A stretch of 64,000 bases of DNA from a virus. Its lineage: Duplodnaviria > Caudoviricetes. Both the position numbers and the translations under genes were made by a program. Shown here one piece after another: positions 45,465-54,643 of this stretch (positions are counted from its first letter, which is position 1; each line of letters opens with the position of its first letter). Below the pieces are notes generated by a model, which saw only the letters and a list, made by a program, of their open reading frames with translations, had not been told where the DNA came from and searched no databases. The stretch lies in IMG/VR virus record IMGVR_UViG_3300028048_000038, positions 128,001 to 192,000 of that record. One strand, written 5' to 3'.

Positions 45465-46433
45465 TTAATGTAATAAAATATTTCCATCTTTAAGATTTAT
45501 ACAAACCTCAAGATTTCTACGTTTAAATTCGCTATTCCAAGAGCGCATACAAACCTTACGTACAGAGTCCACTCCATATAAATCTCCAAGATTTGGTACA
45601 AACTCTTTGTCACTCTTCTTGCAAGCCTCCATTCTACGCTGCTTAACATCTTCATTTTCAACATCAAATACAGTATTTTTAATGGATTCTGTTAAGCCAT
45701 CAGTAGCATACATTGGTTTAATCTTCTCTGAAAGACCGTCCCATTTGCTTAATACGTGGTCAATCTCATTATAAGTATATCCTGGCATTATCTGTTCAGC
45801 ATCACCTCCAGCTTTAACCCCATTACCATCTGTAGGTATGAGTGCAATCGACTGCTCAAGTGCCTTAGAATCTTTGAAAACATTTTCCTTCATCCACTTT
45901 GCAAGAGCGTAAACTTCTGTTTTCCAAAGTTCACCAATTGGGTTTATATCACCAACATCACCATGTAGTGTCCAAAAGCCTGTTAGCCACTCAGTTTTAT
46001 TTGATGTGCCCATTACAATACCTCCAACCTTTGAAGCGATATCGTACAACGTAATCATACGCAAACGTGCCTTGATGTTACCTTGTGAAATTGGTGTCTT
46101 CTCCTTACCGCTAGCCTCAGTACAGAACTTCTCCATTACCTCATATGGCTCTTGTAGGTTAACCACCTTGAAAGTGTCACAGAACTCGGTGCCAGCAGCC
46201 TTGGCTGCATCATTCTCCACATCTGCATTGGTTGAGCATGGAAGAGATACGCCAATAAGGGGAATGTTTCCAGCCTTACATAGTGCAGCTACTACTGTGG
46301 AGTCAATACCACCACTTAATCCAAGAACTACAACCTTAATATGATTCTGATTTACATAACTCTTAATTCCCTCTACAAGAATCTTAAATACAACTTCCAT
46401 ATCTAATGGAATTGGACGATACGTTTCTACCAT
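45465..46433 (-). CDS. nadE: NH3-dependent NAD+ synthetase
   Basis: LGLSGGIDS, GNIKARLRM, GTSNKTE...G..T.HGD. Confidence 0.93.
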   Translation of the reverse strand: MVETYRPIPLDMEVVFKILVEGIKSYVNQNHIKVVVLGLSGGIDSTVVAALCKAGNIPLIGVSLPCSTNADVENDAAKAAGTEFCDTFKVVNLQEPYEVMEKFCTEASGKEKTPISQGNIKARLRMITLYDIASKVGGIVMGTSNKTEWLTGFWTLHGDVGDINPIGELWKTEVYALAKWMKENVFKDSKALEQSIALIPTDGNGVKAGGDAEQIMPGYTYNEIDHVLSKWDGLSEKIKPMYATDGLTESIKNTVFDVENEDVKQRRMEACKKSDKEFVPNLGDLYGVDSVRKVCMRSWNSEFKRRNLEVCINLKDGNILLH

Positions 46434-46435
46434 AT

Positions 46436-46969
46436 TTATTTATTGTTTATTGCTTTCCTTACTTTATCCTTTCTAAATGCTTCAATGTCAACATCCATCT
46501 TTATCTTGCGACACTTATCAGCAAGTTCCTTAACTTCATCAATAGTCAATGCTGCCTCCAACTGTATATCTGCCATAGATGGAATCGTAGATGGTGCTGA
46601 AACCATAAACCTTGGTTCAAGATTCTTATTAATCACAATTCTACCCAATAATTTTCCAAGTGAACTAAATGATTCTTGAAGACGTTTGATATTATAAGTG
46701 TCATAAGGTTTTAAATCAACCTTAACATCATCCAAAGATAATTTTTCCATCTTACTAGCAAAGTCCATAAGAGAATCATAGAATTTATCACCGAATCTAT
46801 CAGCATATTCGGTTATACCATCTAATTCTTCTTTTACATCATTTTGAAGGTCGGCAATCCTTCTTTCTTCAGCTTCTTTTTTTTCGTTGCGGTCAGATAG
46901 TACCGATTGCGCAAGACATAAAAAAACAATTCCTAAACTTATTAATAGAATATATAAAACACCCATAAT
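46436..46969 (-). CDS. hypothetical membrane-anchored protein
   Basis: N-terminal TM helix; start approximate. Confidence 0.55.
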   Translation of the reverse strand: MMGVLYILLISLGIVFLCLAQSVLSDRNEKKEAEERRIADLQNDVKEELDGITEYADRFGDKFYDSLMDFASKMEKLSLDDVKVDLKPYDTYNIKRLQESFSSLGKLLGRIVINKNLEPRFMVSAPSTIPSMADIQLEAALTIDEVKELADKCRKIKMDVDIEAFRKDKVRKAINNK

Positions 46970-47040
46970 TACATTATTTTTTTGCAAAGATACGAAAAAA
47001 AACTGAGACTACCAAATGATAATCTCAGTTTTAATATTAT

Positions 47041-48333
47041 TTAACCATTTGCAAGAATCAGTGTATAATCTTTGCGTCCTTTGGTTAACAATAGATATTT
47101 ACCATTAATCAAGTTACTAGTATCAATAACGGCTTTTTCATTGGTTGCTTTCTCCTTATTGATAGAGAAACCATTAGCCTTAATCAGTTTTCTAGCCTCA
47201 GACTTTGACGGTACTTTATCATGCATTGTTGCAAGGTCTAATACTGTAAGTCCACTTGTAAACTGCTCCTTGGATACTTCGACCTTTGACACGCCATTCA
47301 TTGCAGCAAGAAGGGACTTTTCATCAATAGAGGCAAGTTGTTCTGTAGTACCCTTACCAAACAGAATCTCAGTAGCTTCTACTGCCTTGTTATACTCTTC
47401 CTCAGAGTGAACCATGCAAGTCATGTACTTTGCAAGCTCTTTCTGTAATACACGAGCTGAAGGCTGCTCACGATGTTTCTCAATTAGAGCATTAATCTCG
47501 TCTAATGGAATAAGAGTAAATAGTTTAATGAAACGTTCTGAGTCTGTATCTGACTGATTAAGCCAAAATTGATAGAACTCATATGGACTTGTCTTTTCGG
47601 CATCAAGCCAAATGTTACCCTTCTCTGACTTACCAAACTTTGTACCATCTGCCTTGGTTACAAGAGGCCAAGTAATCATACATGCATCAGTACCGCCAAC
47701 CATCTTACGGATAAGCTCAATACCAGTTGTACCGTTTCCAAATTGGTCACTACCACCAATCTGAAGTTTACAATTATATTTCTTATATAATTCTACGAAA
47801 TCGTAACCTTGGATAAGCTGATATGTAAACTCAGTGAATGACATTCCGTTACCATCACGTTCAAGACGTTTCTTGACGGAATCCTTTGCCATCATATAAT
47901 TCACGCTAATACACTTACCAACCTCACGTGCGAAATCAATAAATGAGAAGTTTTTCATCCAATCATAGTTATTAACCATAATTGCACCATTCTCATCCTT
48001 TGAATCGAAATCAAGAAGTTTGCTAACTTGTGCATGAATTCCCTTAATGTTGTGTTCTACAGTTTCAGCACTAAGGAGTTTTCTTTCTTCTGACTTAAAC
48101 GATGGGTCTCCAATAAAGGCTGTTGCACCGCCTAAAAGAACAATAGGCTTATGCCCATAGGACTGAAGCAACTTAGCAGTTGTAAAGGCAAGCAAATGCC
48201 CTAAGTGAAGACTATCAGCAGTAGGGTCAGTTCCCACATAGAATGTTGTTGGCGTTTTTAACAATTCCTCTAAGTTTCCAGAGAGACTTGCTATAAGTCC
48301 TCTCTCTTTAAGTTCTGAAAGTAATGGATTCAT
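47041..48333 (-). CDS. tyrS: tyrosine--tRNA ligase
   Basis: DPTADSLHLGH, QIGGSDQ.GN, KFGKS, C-terminal S4 domain. Confidence 0.97.
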   Translation of the reverse strand: MNPLLSELKERGLIASLSGNLEELLKTPTTFYVGTDPTADSLHLGHLLAFTTAKLLQSYGHKPIVLLGGATAFIGDPSFKSEERKLLSAETVEHNIKGIHAQVSKLLDFDSKDENGAIMVNNYDWMKNFSFIDFAREVGKCISVNYMMAKDSVKKRLERDGNGMSFTEFTYQLIQGYDFVELYKKYNCKLQIGGSDQFGNGTTGIELIRKMVGGTDACMITWPLVTKADGTKFGKSEKGNIWLDAEKTSPYEFYQFWLNQSDTDSERFIKLFTLIPLDEINALIEKHREQPSARVLQKELAKYMTCMVHSEEEYNKAVEATEILFGKGTTEQLASIDEKSLLAAMNGVSKVEVSKEQFTSGLTVLDLATMHDKVPSKSEARKLIKANGFSINKEKATNEKAVIDTSNLINGKYLLLTKGRKDYTLILANG

Positions 48334-48642
48334 CTTTATTTTATAATTTTAAATTGATTCACTGAATACAAGCAGTCTCTTTTTACTGAGCACAGCATTA
48401 GTTATCTCCATCATTTGAATTTTACTGATGGAGTTTTTCTTATATGAATTCTCAGTAAACTTGGATTTCTTACCCTTATTTTTCTTTTTCTTCTTTTTAA
48501 AGTAATTAAAGAACATATATACACTATTTTACTTTTGCAAAGATATGAAAAAAAAATCAATAAACAAAATCATTTAACGTTATTTAATAAAAATGACCAT
48601 CAACTCTCGTCAATGGTCATTTTATATATAAGTAGGAACTCA

Positions 48643-50316
48643 TTAAATATTAATGTAGTTCAAAATCTCTTGGCTAAGAGCCTTTTCAACTAGCTCTTCG
48701 GCAGTCATCTGACGCACCTCACCTGTTTTCTCGTCAATCACTTTAGTATCTCCCATCAGCATTGTGATGATTGAAGGGTCAAAGCCAGAAAGGAATGTAC
48801 ATCCTGGTTCTATCGACTTACCCTCAAAGTGAGTAACACCATGCCTTGAAGCTACATCCCACCAAATGAATTTCATGTTATTCACGAACTCCTCTGGGAA
48901 CACTGTCTTCAATGACCTTACTGAGTACTCATAGTTGGTTGGCTCAGTACGTCTTGAGTACCATCCTCCAGTTGGGTTAAACTCCATATCACTTACAACC
49001 AATATACTTGTACAATACTGCTCAAGTGGAATCTCAGGGTGTTCCTTTCTAATCTTAATAATCTCGTCAACCGCAGATTGGAAGTTAGTACCACCGCAAC
49101 CCACGCTTGGAAGATTCATTATTCTATCGCAGAATGAATCACCCTTCATGTCATAAGGTGTTGACACATTATCGAACATGATGACCTTGTTATGGAATGG
49201 ACCAGTGTTAAGGTCAGCAAAGAACAGTGCAAGAGAACTTGCAACATCTGAACAGTAAATATCCTTTAAGCCAGTAACTGGCTGGTTCATACTTCCACTA
49301 GTATCAAGGCAACACCATACATTCTCAGTAATTCTACCGCCATCACGTGCCTTGTCTACAAGACCCTTAAACTGTGCATCAAGGGTGTGCTTAACCTCTA
49401 GAGGAATTGTCATAGAACCTCTACGATATCCACGTGAACCACGTGCCTCACGAAGACGTTTTGCAAGCTCGAAGACATAACCAGTGAATTTTGCTACTGG
49501 CTGCTGCATAATCCACTCTGTGTAGTTATCCTTCAAACCGTGATTTGAAAGGAACTTACTTGTTACAAGGAGGTTAAGAGCACGACCTGGAATGTGATTC
49601 CAATTCAAATCCTTATAGTTACGAGAACAAATCAACTTTTGGAAGTCGTGTGCTCTACCGCTTGACTTCATCTTATTGTACTCCTTATAGGTAATACCCA
49701 TCTGATTAGCAAATGCCTTTGCCAAATCATTAGTGATGGTAGTCCACTCAGTTTTGCACTTGCTCTGTGACTTGATACGAGGCATATACTTCTTAATCAA
49801 GTCAACATGTGTGTCACAAAGCAAACCTTGTGCAATAACCTCAAAGAGTGCCTTTTGATTTAAGCACTTGATGTTATCCTTGATGTCGTAGTACATGAGT
49901 GTCCACAAGTCCTTCCAAGAACCAACAAGAGGCAATGCCCAAATGTTCTTGTAGAATGCGTCCTTTTGCTCTTGAGCAATCCAAAGCAAACGCTTGAATG
50001 ACTCGTCACGAGCACCTTGACCATTCTGAACCTTATCAGTCTCATTATCGGCATTCACCTTAACCTTGCGTGTAACCATACGAAGGTAGAATGGGAAACG
50101 AAGAGCTGCACTTGGATTCTCAGCCCAAATTGTAGCTTGGTCAGCAAATACTTCTGCTAGTGTACGTCCTCTGAAGTTACCAGCCTTACCGAATTGGTCA
50201 ACAATGGCACTACCGCTAGAAATAAGAGTTTTTGCCCCGTTTTCGGTAGTTGTAAAACTCTCGAATCCCACTGCATCAATAAATGCGTTTGTCTTTGTTG
50301 CTGTTTTTGTATTCAT
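48643..50316 (-). CDS. TROVE-like/vWA protein (DUF2828-like, Ro60-related architecture)
   Basis: TENGA N-terminus, G.G.R, GSWKDL, helical region, then MIDAS CLDTSGSM, GTNF, VSDMEF. Confidence 0.75.
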   Translation of the reverse strand: MNTKTATKTNAFIDAVGFESFTTTENGAKTLISSGSAIVDQFGKAGNFRGRTLAEVFADQATIWAENPSAALRFPFYLRMVTRKVKVNADNETDKVQNGQGARDESFKRLLWIAQEQKDAFYKNIWALPLVGSWKDLWTLMYYDIKDNIKCLNQKALFEVIAQGLLCDTHVDLIKKYMPRIKSQSKCKTEWTTITNDLAKAFANQMGITYKEYNKMKSSGRAHDFQKLICSRNYKDLNWNHIPGRALNLLVTSKFLSNHGLKDNYTEWIMQQPVAKFTGYVFELAKRLREARGSRGYRRGSMTIPLEVKHTLDAQFKGLVDKARDGGRITENVWCCLDTSGSMNQPVTGLKDIYCSDVASSLALFFADLNTGPFHNKVIMFDNVSTPYDMKGDSFCDRIMNLPSVGCGGTNFQSAVDEIIKIRKEHPEIPLEQYCTSILVVSDMEFNPTGGWYSRRTEPTNYEYSVRSLKTVFPEEFVNNMKFIWWDVASRHGVTHFEGKSIEPGCTFLSGFDPSIITMLMGDTKVIDEKTGEVRQMTAEELVEKALSQEILNYINI

Positions 50317-50432
50317 TTTTTTTTTCCGATTTTGTTACTTATGCAAAGATATGAAAAATAATTGGAATAACCAAATATTTTAAGACTTTTTTTCAATAAA
50401 AATGTATTTATAGTAAGAAATTAACATATATT

Positions 50433-50882
50433 ATGGATAGTAAGAGAATAAATGCAATTATAAAAGAAGAAATTGAGAAAGTAATCAACGAGGACTTTAT
50501 GGGCGAAAAGAGTAATCACGTTAAAGACCTTGTTCAGAAATACTTTGGTCATACCAAACATCATAATAAAAAGCATCATGATGAAGCGCCTAAAAAGAAG
50601 CTACGTAAGAAAGCTGGCGGTGGTAAGGAGTATTATGATTATGATGACTATGAGAGAAAGAATAAGAAAATATCAAACGGTGATGCAAACTCAATTCGTA
50701 CAACAATTGATACTGAGAAAACCAATATGGCAGCAGTGGCAAGAGAATTGTTTCCAGACCATACAGAGGAAGGTGCTCAATCTCAATTCAGAAAGATTGT
50801 TAATGGTGAGAGGCCAATGACAAAGAATATTGCGTCTAAGGTTGAAAAGATGATTTCAGCAGGACAAATTGCTGTTAAATAA
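50433..50882 (+). CDS. hypothetical protein (only clear plus-strand gene)
   Basis: 149-aa ORF, TATTTATA upstream, convergent terminator at 50889-50917. Confidence 0.7.
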   Translation: MDSKRINAIIKEEIEKVINEDFMGEKSNHVKDLVQKYFGHTKHHNKKHHDEAPKKKLRKKAGGGKEYYDYDDYERKNKKISNGDANSIRTTIDTEKTNMAAVARELFPDHTEEGAQSQFRKIVNGERPMTKNIASKVEKMISAGQIAVK

Positions 50883-50888
50883 GACATA

Positions 50889-50917
50889 AATGGGTGTTAC
50901 AAAATGTAACACCCATT
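50889..50917. terminator. bidirectional terminator
   Basis: AATGGGTGTTACA/TGTAACACCCATT perfect inverted repeat between convergent genes. Confidence 0.8.
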
Positions 50918-50923
50918 ATTTGT

Positions 50924-51829
50924 TTAATTAAGCTTTTTCATTTCTTTAATGTACTCAATCTTGATTTCTTCCATAGCTGCAAGTTCAAGCTGTCTTACAC
51001 GCTCTGAGGTCAAGCCAAGAATCTGCCCGATTTCCTCACGTTCATATTCATGTCTGAGTCCATTATCCTCTTCATACATTCCAAAACGCATCTTGATAAT
51101 CTGTTGTTTACGTGGTGAGAGTTTGCCAAGTAATGAAGATACTAGCTTTCTATTAAATTCATTTGTTTCTTCCTCTTCATAGTCATTATATGAAGCGCTC
51201 ACTCGGTTATATGCTGCCATATCACCATAGTTTGGGCTTTCATCTTCATCGCTTGAAGATTCATCCACGTAACTGACTTTCAAATCTAAGATGTCGTTTT
51301 TGTCCCTAATGTCCTTTCCGTACTTTGTTGTTACAATATCAAACAACTCATCTGGACTTGGTGTCCTCTCATTACTCTGTAGGAAGTCGTTTGTAGCTTT
51401 GGAAATTACGTGGAACGTCTTAGAGAAGTTTGGTCGTTTAACAACTTGCAAATCTCCACAGATATACTTGTTAATTGCACGTTTAATAAACCACATCGCA
51501 TAGGTTGAGAACTTAACGTCCTTGGATATGTCAAATCTCTCAATAGCCTCAAGAAGTCCAAAGTTAGCCTCATTAACATAATCCATATAGGAATCAGTCT
51601 TTGCCCATTTCTTAGCTGCTGCCAACACTAATCTTTGGTTGCATAACATGAGATAATCCCTTGCCATGTCACTCTCCTTCTTATTACCATATTTGTATCT
51701 TTTGAACCATTCTACAGCCTCTTCCTTTGTCAATGTCGGATAGTCCTTAACATCCTTAAGAAATCTAATTGTATTCTCAGTGCGGTCTACAAGTCCTGTG
51801 TCAGCTTTAAGATTAATTACGTAACCCAT
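50924..51829 (-). CDS. sigma-70 family RNA polymerase sigma factor
   Basis: NQRLV..AKK, GLLEAIERFD, KFSTYA.W, region 4 EIG..LGLTSERVRQLE. Confidence 0.92.
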   Translation of the reverse strand: MGYVINLKADTGLVDRTENTIRFLKDVKDYPTLTKEEAVEWFKRYKYGNKKESDMARDYLMLCNQRLVLAAAKKWAKTDSYMDYVNEANFGLLEAIERFDISKDVKFSTYAMWFIKRAINKYICGDLQVVKRPNFSKTFHVISKATNDFLQSNERTPSPDELFDIVTTKYGKDIRDKNDILDLKVSYVDESSSDEDESPNYGDMAAYNRVSASYNDYEEEETNEFNRKLVSSLLGKLSPRKQQIIKMRFGMYEEDNGLRHEYEREEIGQILGLTSERVRQLELAAMEEIKIEYIKEMKKLN

Positions 51830-51833
51830 CTAA

Positions 51834-52373
51834 TTATTGTTTAATGTTATTTTTTCTTTTTAATGTCACTACTGTTTTATTGCCTTCATCACGCAATGCA
51901 GACTCTGGCACTGCCACATCCTCCAATAGAACAACGAATTCAAGAATAGATTTCTTATTTTCCTCTCTCCTAGATAATTCACGTCCCTTCATTGAAAGTG
52001 TTACTCTAACACGACTCCCGTCTTCAAGAAACTTACGAGCATTATTAGCCTTAGTTTCGAGGTCGTGTTTTGCAATATTCACGCTAAGTTGAATCTCCTT
52101 GAGAGGCTTTGCTGCTTGTTTATTCTTTTTTGCAGATTTCTTAAGTTCATACAGCATTTTCTCATAGTTACAGATTCTAATGATTGGAATCTCAAGATTA
52201 CCTTGAATCTCAACCAAATCTAGTTCCATATCATCAGCAATCTCCCTTGCTTCTGACATTGAGACAACTCTACTTTCAATGTCATTACCTACGATTCTCA
52301 CATTGCCCTTGAATCGTATTTCATCGTTCACACGGAACTTTGAAGAAAAATCATTCTTCTTCTGTTTTGCCAT
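51834..52373 (-). CDS. infC: translation initiation factor IF-3
   Basis: VNDEIR, LDLVEI, KEIQLS.NI..HDL.TK...A.KFLE.G.RV.V. Confidence 0.92.
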   Translation of the reverse strand: MAKQKKNDFSSKFRVNDEIRFKGNVRIVGNDIESRVVSMSEAREIADDMELDLVEIQGNLEIPIIRICNYEKMLYELKKSAKKNKQAAKPLKEIQLSVNIAKHDLETKANNARKFLEDGSRVRVTLSMKGRELSRREENKKSILEFVVLLEDVAVPESALRDEGNKTVVTLKRKNNIKQ

Positions 52374-52596
52374 TCTTTTCTTTTAAAGTTTTTATTTCTT
52401 GTTCTAATTTCATTAATCTCTTTTCTTCATCCTCAAGTTCTCTCTTATGCATATCGAAAACTATCTTGCTAACCTCATACCTTCTTTCAAGTTCATCTAA
52501 TGTTGGGGGCGTTTTCGCACGTTCTTCTGCCTTGCGATTATTCTCTTCCATCATTGTGATAAACCTTTCAGCATATTTGCCTTTTAAGGTGGGCAT
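52351..52596 (-). CDS. hypothetical coiled-coil protein
   Basis: Probable start MPTLKG just downstream of promoter near 52647. Confidence 0.55.
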   Translation of the reverse strand: MPTLKGKYAERFITMMEENNRKAEERAKTPPTLDELERRYEVSKIVFDMHKRELEDEEKRLMKLEQEIKTLKEKNGKTEEE

Positions 52597-52687
52597 TGGT
52601 TTTGTGAAGTCAGTATATGCCAATGCCGTAGGCTCAGATTGTGATGCAAAGATACGAAATTTTTTTGGTTTAGCAAAACCTTTTATC

Positions 52688-53596
52688 TTAAATTTTGTTA
52701 ATCGGTGTATTATTTCTATTGAGCCAAAACATTTCATCAATCCATCTATTTTTAAGAGCAGCATTATATGCGCTTTTATTACCGTTTTTAAAACTTCCTC
52801 TACTGTTATATTTCTTCGATTCCTCAATCACTGCGTTTTTATTCCATTTTAACTTAGGGGCAAGCCAAGACATTTCATCAAGCCATCCATTATCTAATGC
52901 AACACGATATGCACCAGGACTACCAACTTTAAATGGTTTTCTATGAGAGTATTTTTTAGACTCTTCAAATACCAATTCTTTTGTCCATTTTTTATAATGA
53001 CCAACTATCTTTAACCAAGGCATTTCGTCTAACCATCTATTCTTCAGCGCAACATTATATGCACTATTACTACCAACTTCAAAGTTTCTTCTAGTTTGAT
53101 ATTTTTTAGCCTCTTCAAATGTTGCTTCTTTTGTCCATTTGATATATATTGGTCTTTTAAACCAAGTCATTTCTTTTAACCATCCATTAAGTCGTGCCGT
53201 TGAATATGCACTATTATTGTTATATTTAAATTGACTTAAAGAATTATATTTTTTGGCTTCTTCAAATACATTATCTTTTGTCCATTTTATAGCGCCACTA
53301 GAGCCGCCTACTTCTCCACCTTTTGTTTTATTTAAGACATTATAAGTACTATGTTCTCTATACTCATTTATCCAATATTTTTCTCGTTCAACACCTTCTT
53401 CAACAGATAAATCACTCTCAATAATAATCATCTTAGGGTGTTTAACTCCATGCTCACTACTGAATTTATATGTAGATTCAGTTTCCCTTGTTCTATGTGC
53501 TTGATGTCTTGATTTTGGATTTACTGTCCTACCTATATATATAGTGTTAAACCCTTCCCACAAATAAATGTAAATATTATCTCTTTTTCCGTTCAT
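52688..53596 (-). CDS. GIY-YIG-like endonuclease with four C-terminal repeats
   Basis: YIY...IYIGRT, R..H, E..WI; repeats KW.KE..FEE.KKY....F......AY..A....WL. Confidence 0.8.
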   Translation of the reverse strand: MNGKRDNIYIYLWEGFNTIYIGRTVNPKSRHQAHRTRETESTYKFSSEHGVKHPKMIIIESDLSVEEGVEREKYWINEYREHSTYNVLNKTKGGEVGGSSGAIKWTKDNVFEEAKKYNSLSQFKYNNNSAYSTARLNGWLKEMTWFKRPIYIKWTKEATFEEAKKYQTRRNFEVGSNSAYNVALKNRWLDEMPWLKIVGHYKKWTKELVFEESKKYSHRKPFKVGSPGAYRVALDNGWLDEMSWLAPKLKWNKNAVIEESKKYNSRGSFKNGNKSAYNAALKNRWIDEMFWLNRNNTPINKI

Positions 53597-53646
53597 AATA
53601 ATACTATTTTAATATAAATATTATCGTAAACGGAAAAGTATACTTT

Positions 53647-54012
53647 TTATGGGCAAATTTCCCAAATCATATCACTATCACGGCACTTATAATGCCCACT
53701 CTGAACCCCTTCCAACACTCTTTGATGCAAAAGTGTTTCAATCAAGTAAAGGTTGTCAGATACATAATGGTATGTGTCAAGCATGTATTTCTCAACATCA
53801 TCTGGATATGCACTCCCATCTGCGTCCTCACTTGTGTTTTTAATTGCTTTATCCCTCAATCCTAGAATCATAGCCACATCATCCAAGATATGTGTCTGCA
53901 TTGTCAACATTACCTTTTTATTAATGGTAAGCACGTCATCGTCTTTGTCCTCGATGTTCAAGAATCTGACCAACTTCAAGTGGTCTTCTGTTAAGTTCAA
54001 ATGTAATATCAT
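53647..54012 (-). CDS. hypothetical protein
   Basis: 121-aa ORF. Confidence 0.6.
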   Translation of the reverse strand: MILHLNLTEDHLKLVRFLNIEDKDDDVLTINKKVMLTMQTHILDDVAMILGLRDKAIKNTSEDADGSAYPDDVEKYMLDTYHYVSDNLYLIETLLHQRVLEGVQSGHYKCRDSDMIWEICP

Positions 54013-54037
54013 AATTTATTTTTTCTGTTTTTTGTCT

Positions 54038-54643
54038 TTAGTATCTTCTATGCCCATTCTTCTTAAATCTTTCCTCTGCTTTCCTTTTTCGTTCTGAAAC
54101 CATTTGATAATAAGCCTTTCTATCGACTTTTTTTACAGCAAGCTCATTATCCCTCACCTCTTTCATTTCTTCAGCTCTAGACTTCTGGAAATAGTCATAC
54201 ACCGTAACATTTACATCTGTTAATGTTCTCTCGAATATCTCCATTATCCTATCCCTATCACCATTACCATCAAATCTACTTGCGCCAAGCAATGTTGTGG
54301 CAATATTTTTCCCCTTATACATAATATTAACTAATGAAAGACATTTTTCAAGACTTTCATAGGATAAATAATCTTTTCTAATATCAGGTCTGAAGTTTCC
54401 CTCATAAATGAAACAAAGACAAAATCTTGGTTCATCTTCATGTTCGCATTCAAGGATTGTTCCAAGCTTCTCAGGGTCACCGTACTTTGTCTCCAAATTC
54501 TTATTATAAGCATAGGGATATTCTAACATGACTTTAAGCTGTATTCCTTGGGTCATGGCACAATAAGTTCCAGTCCCAATTAATACAGCTTCATATTCAT
54601 TCACATGCTCAAATAAATCAACATCCTTTATTATGTTAATCAT
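54038..54643 (-). CDS. macro-domain-like protein
   Basis: DLF start, M..GI, LG...DGNG pattern resembling macro domains; weak. Confidence 0.45.
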   Translation of the reverse strand: MINIIKDVDLFEHVNEYEAVLIGTGTYCAMTQGIQLKVMLEYPYAYNKNLETKYGDPEKLGTILECEHEDEPRFCLCFIYEGNFRPDIRKDYLSYESLEKCLSLVNIMYKGKNIATTLLGASRFDGNGDRDRIMEIFERTLTDVNVTVYDYFQKSRAEEMKEVRDNELAVKKVDRKAYYQMVSERKRKAEERFKKNGHRRY

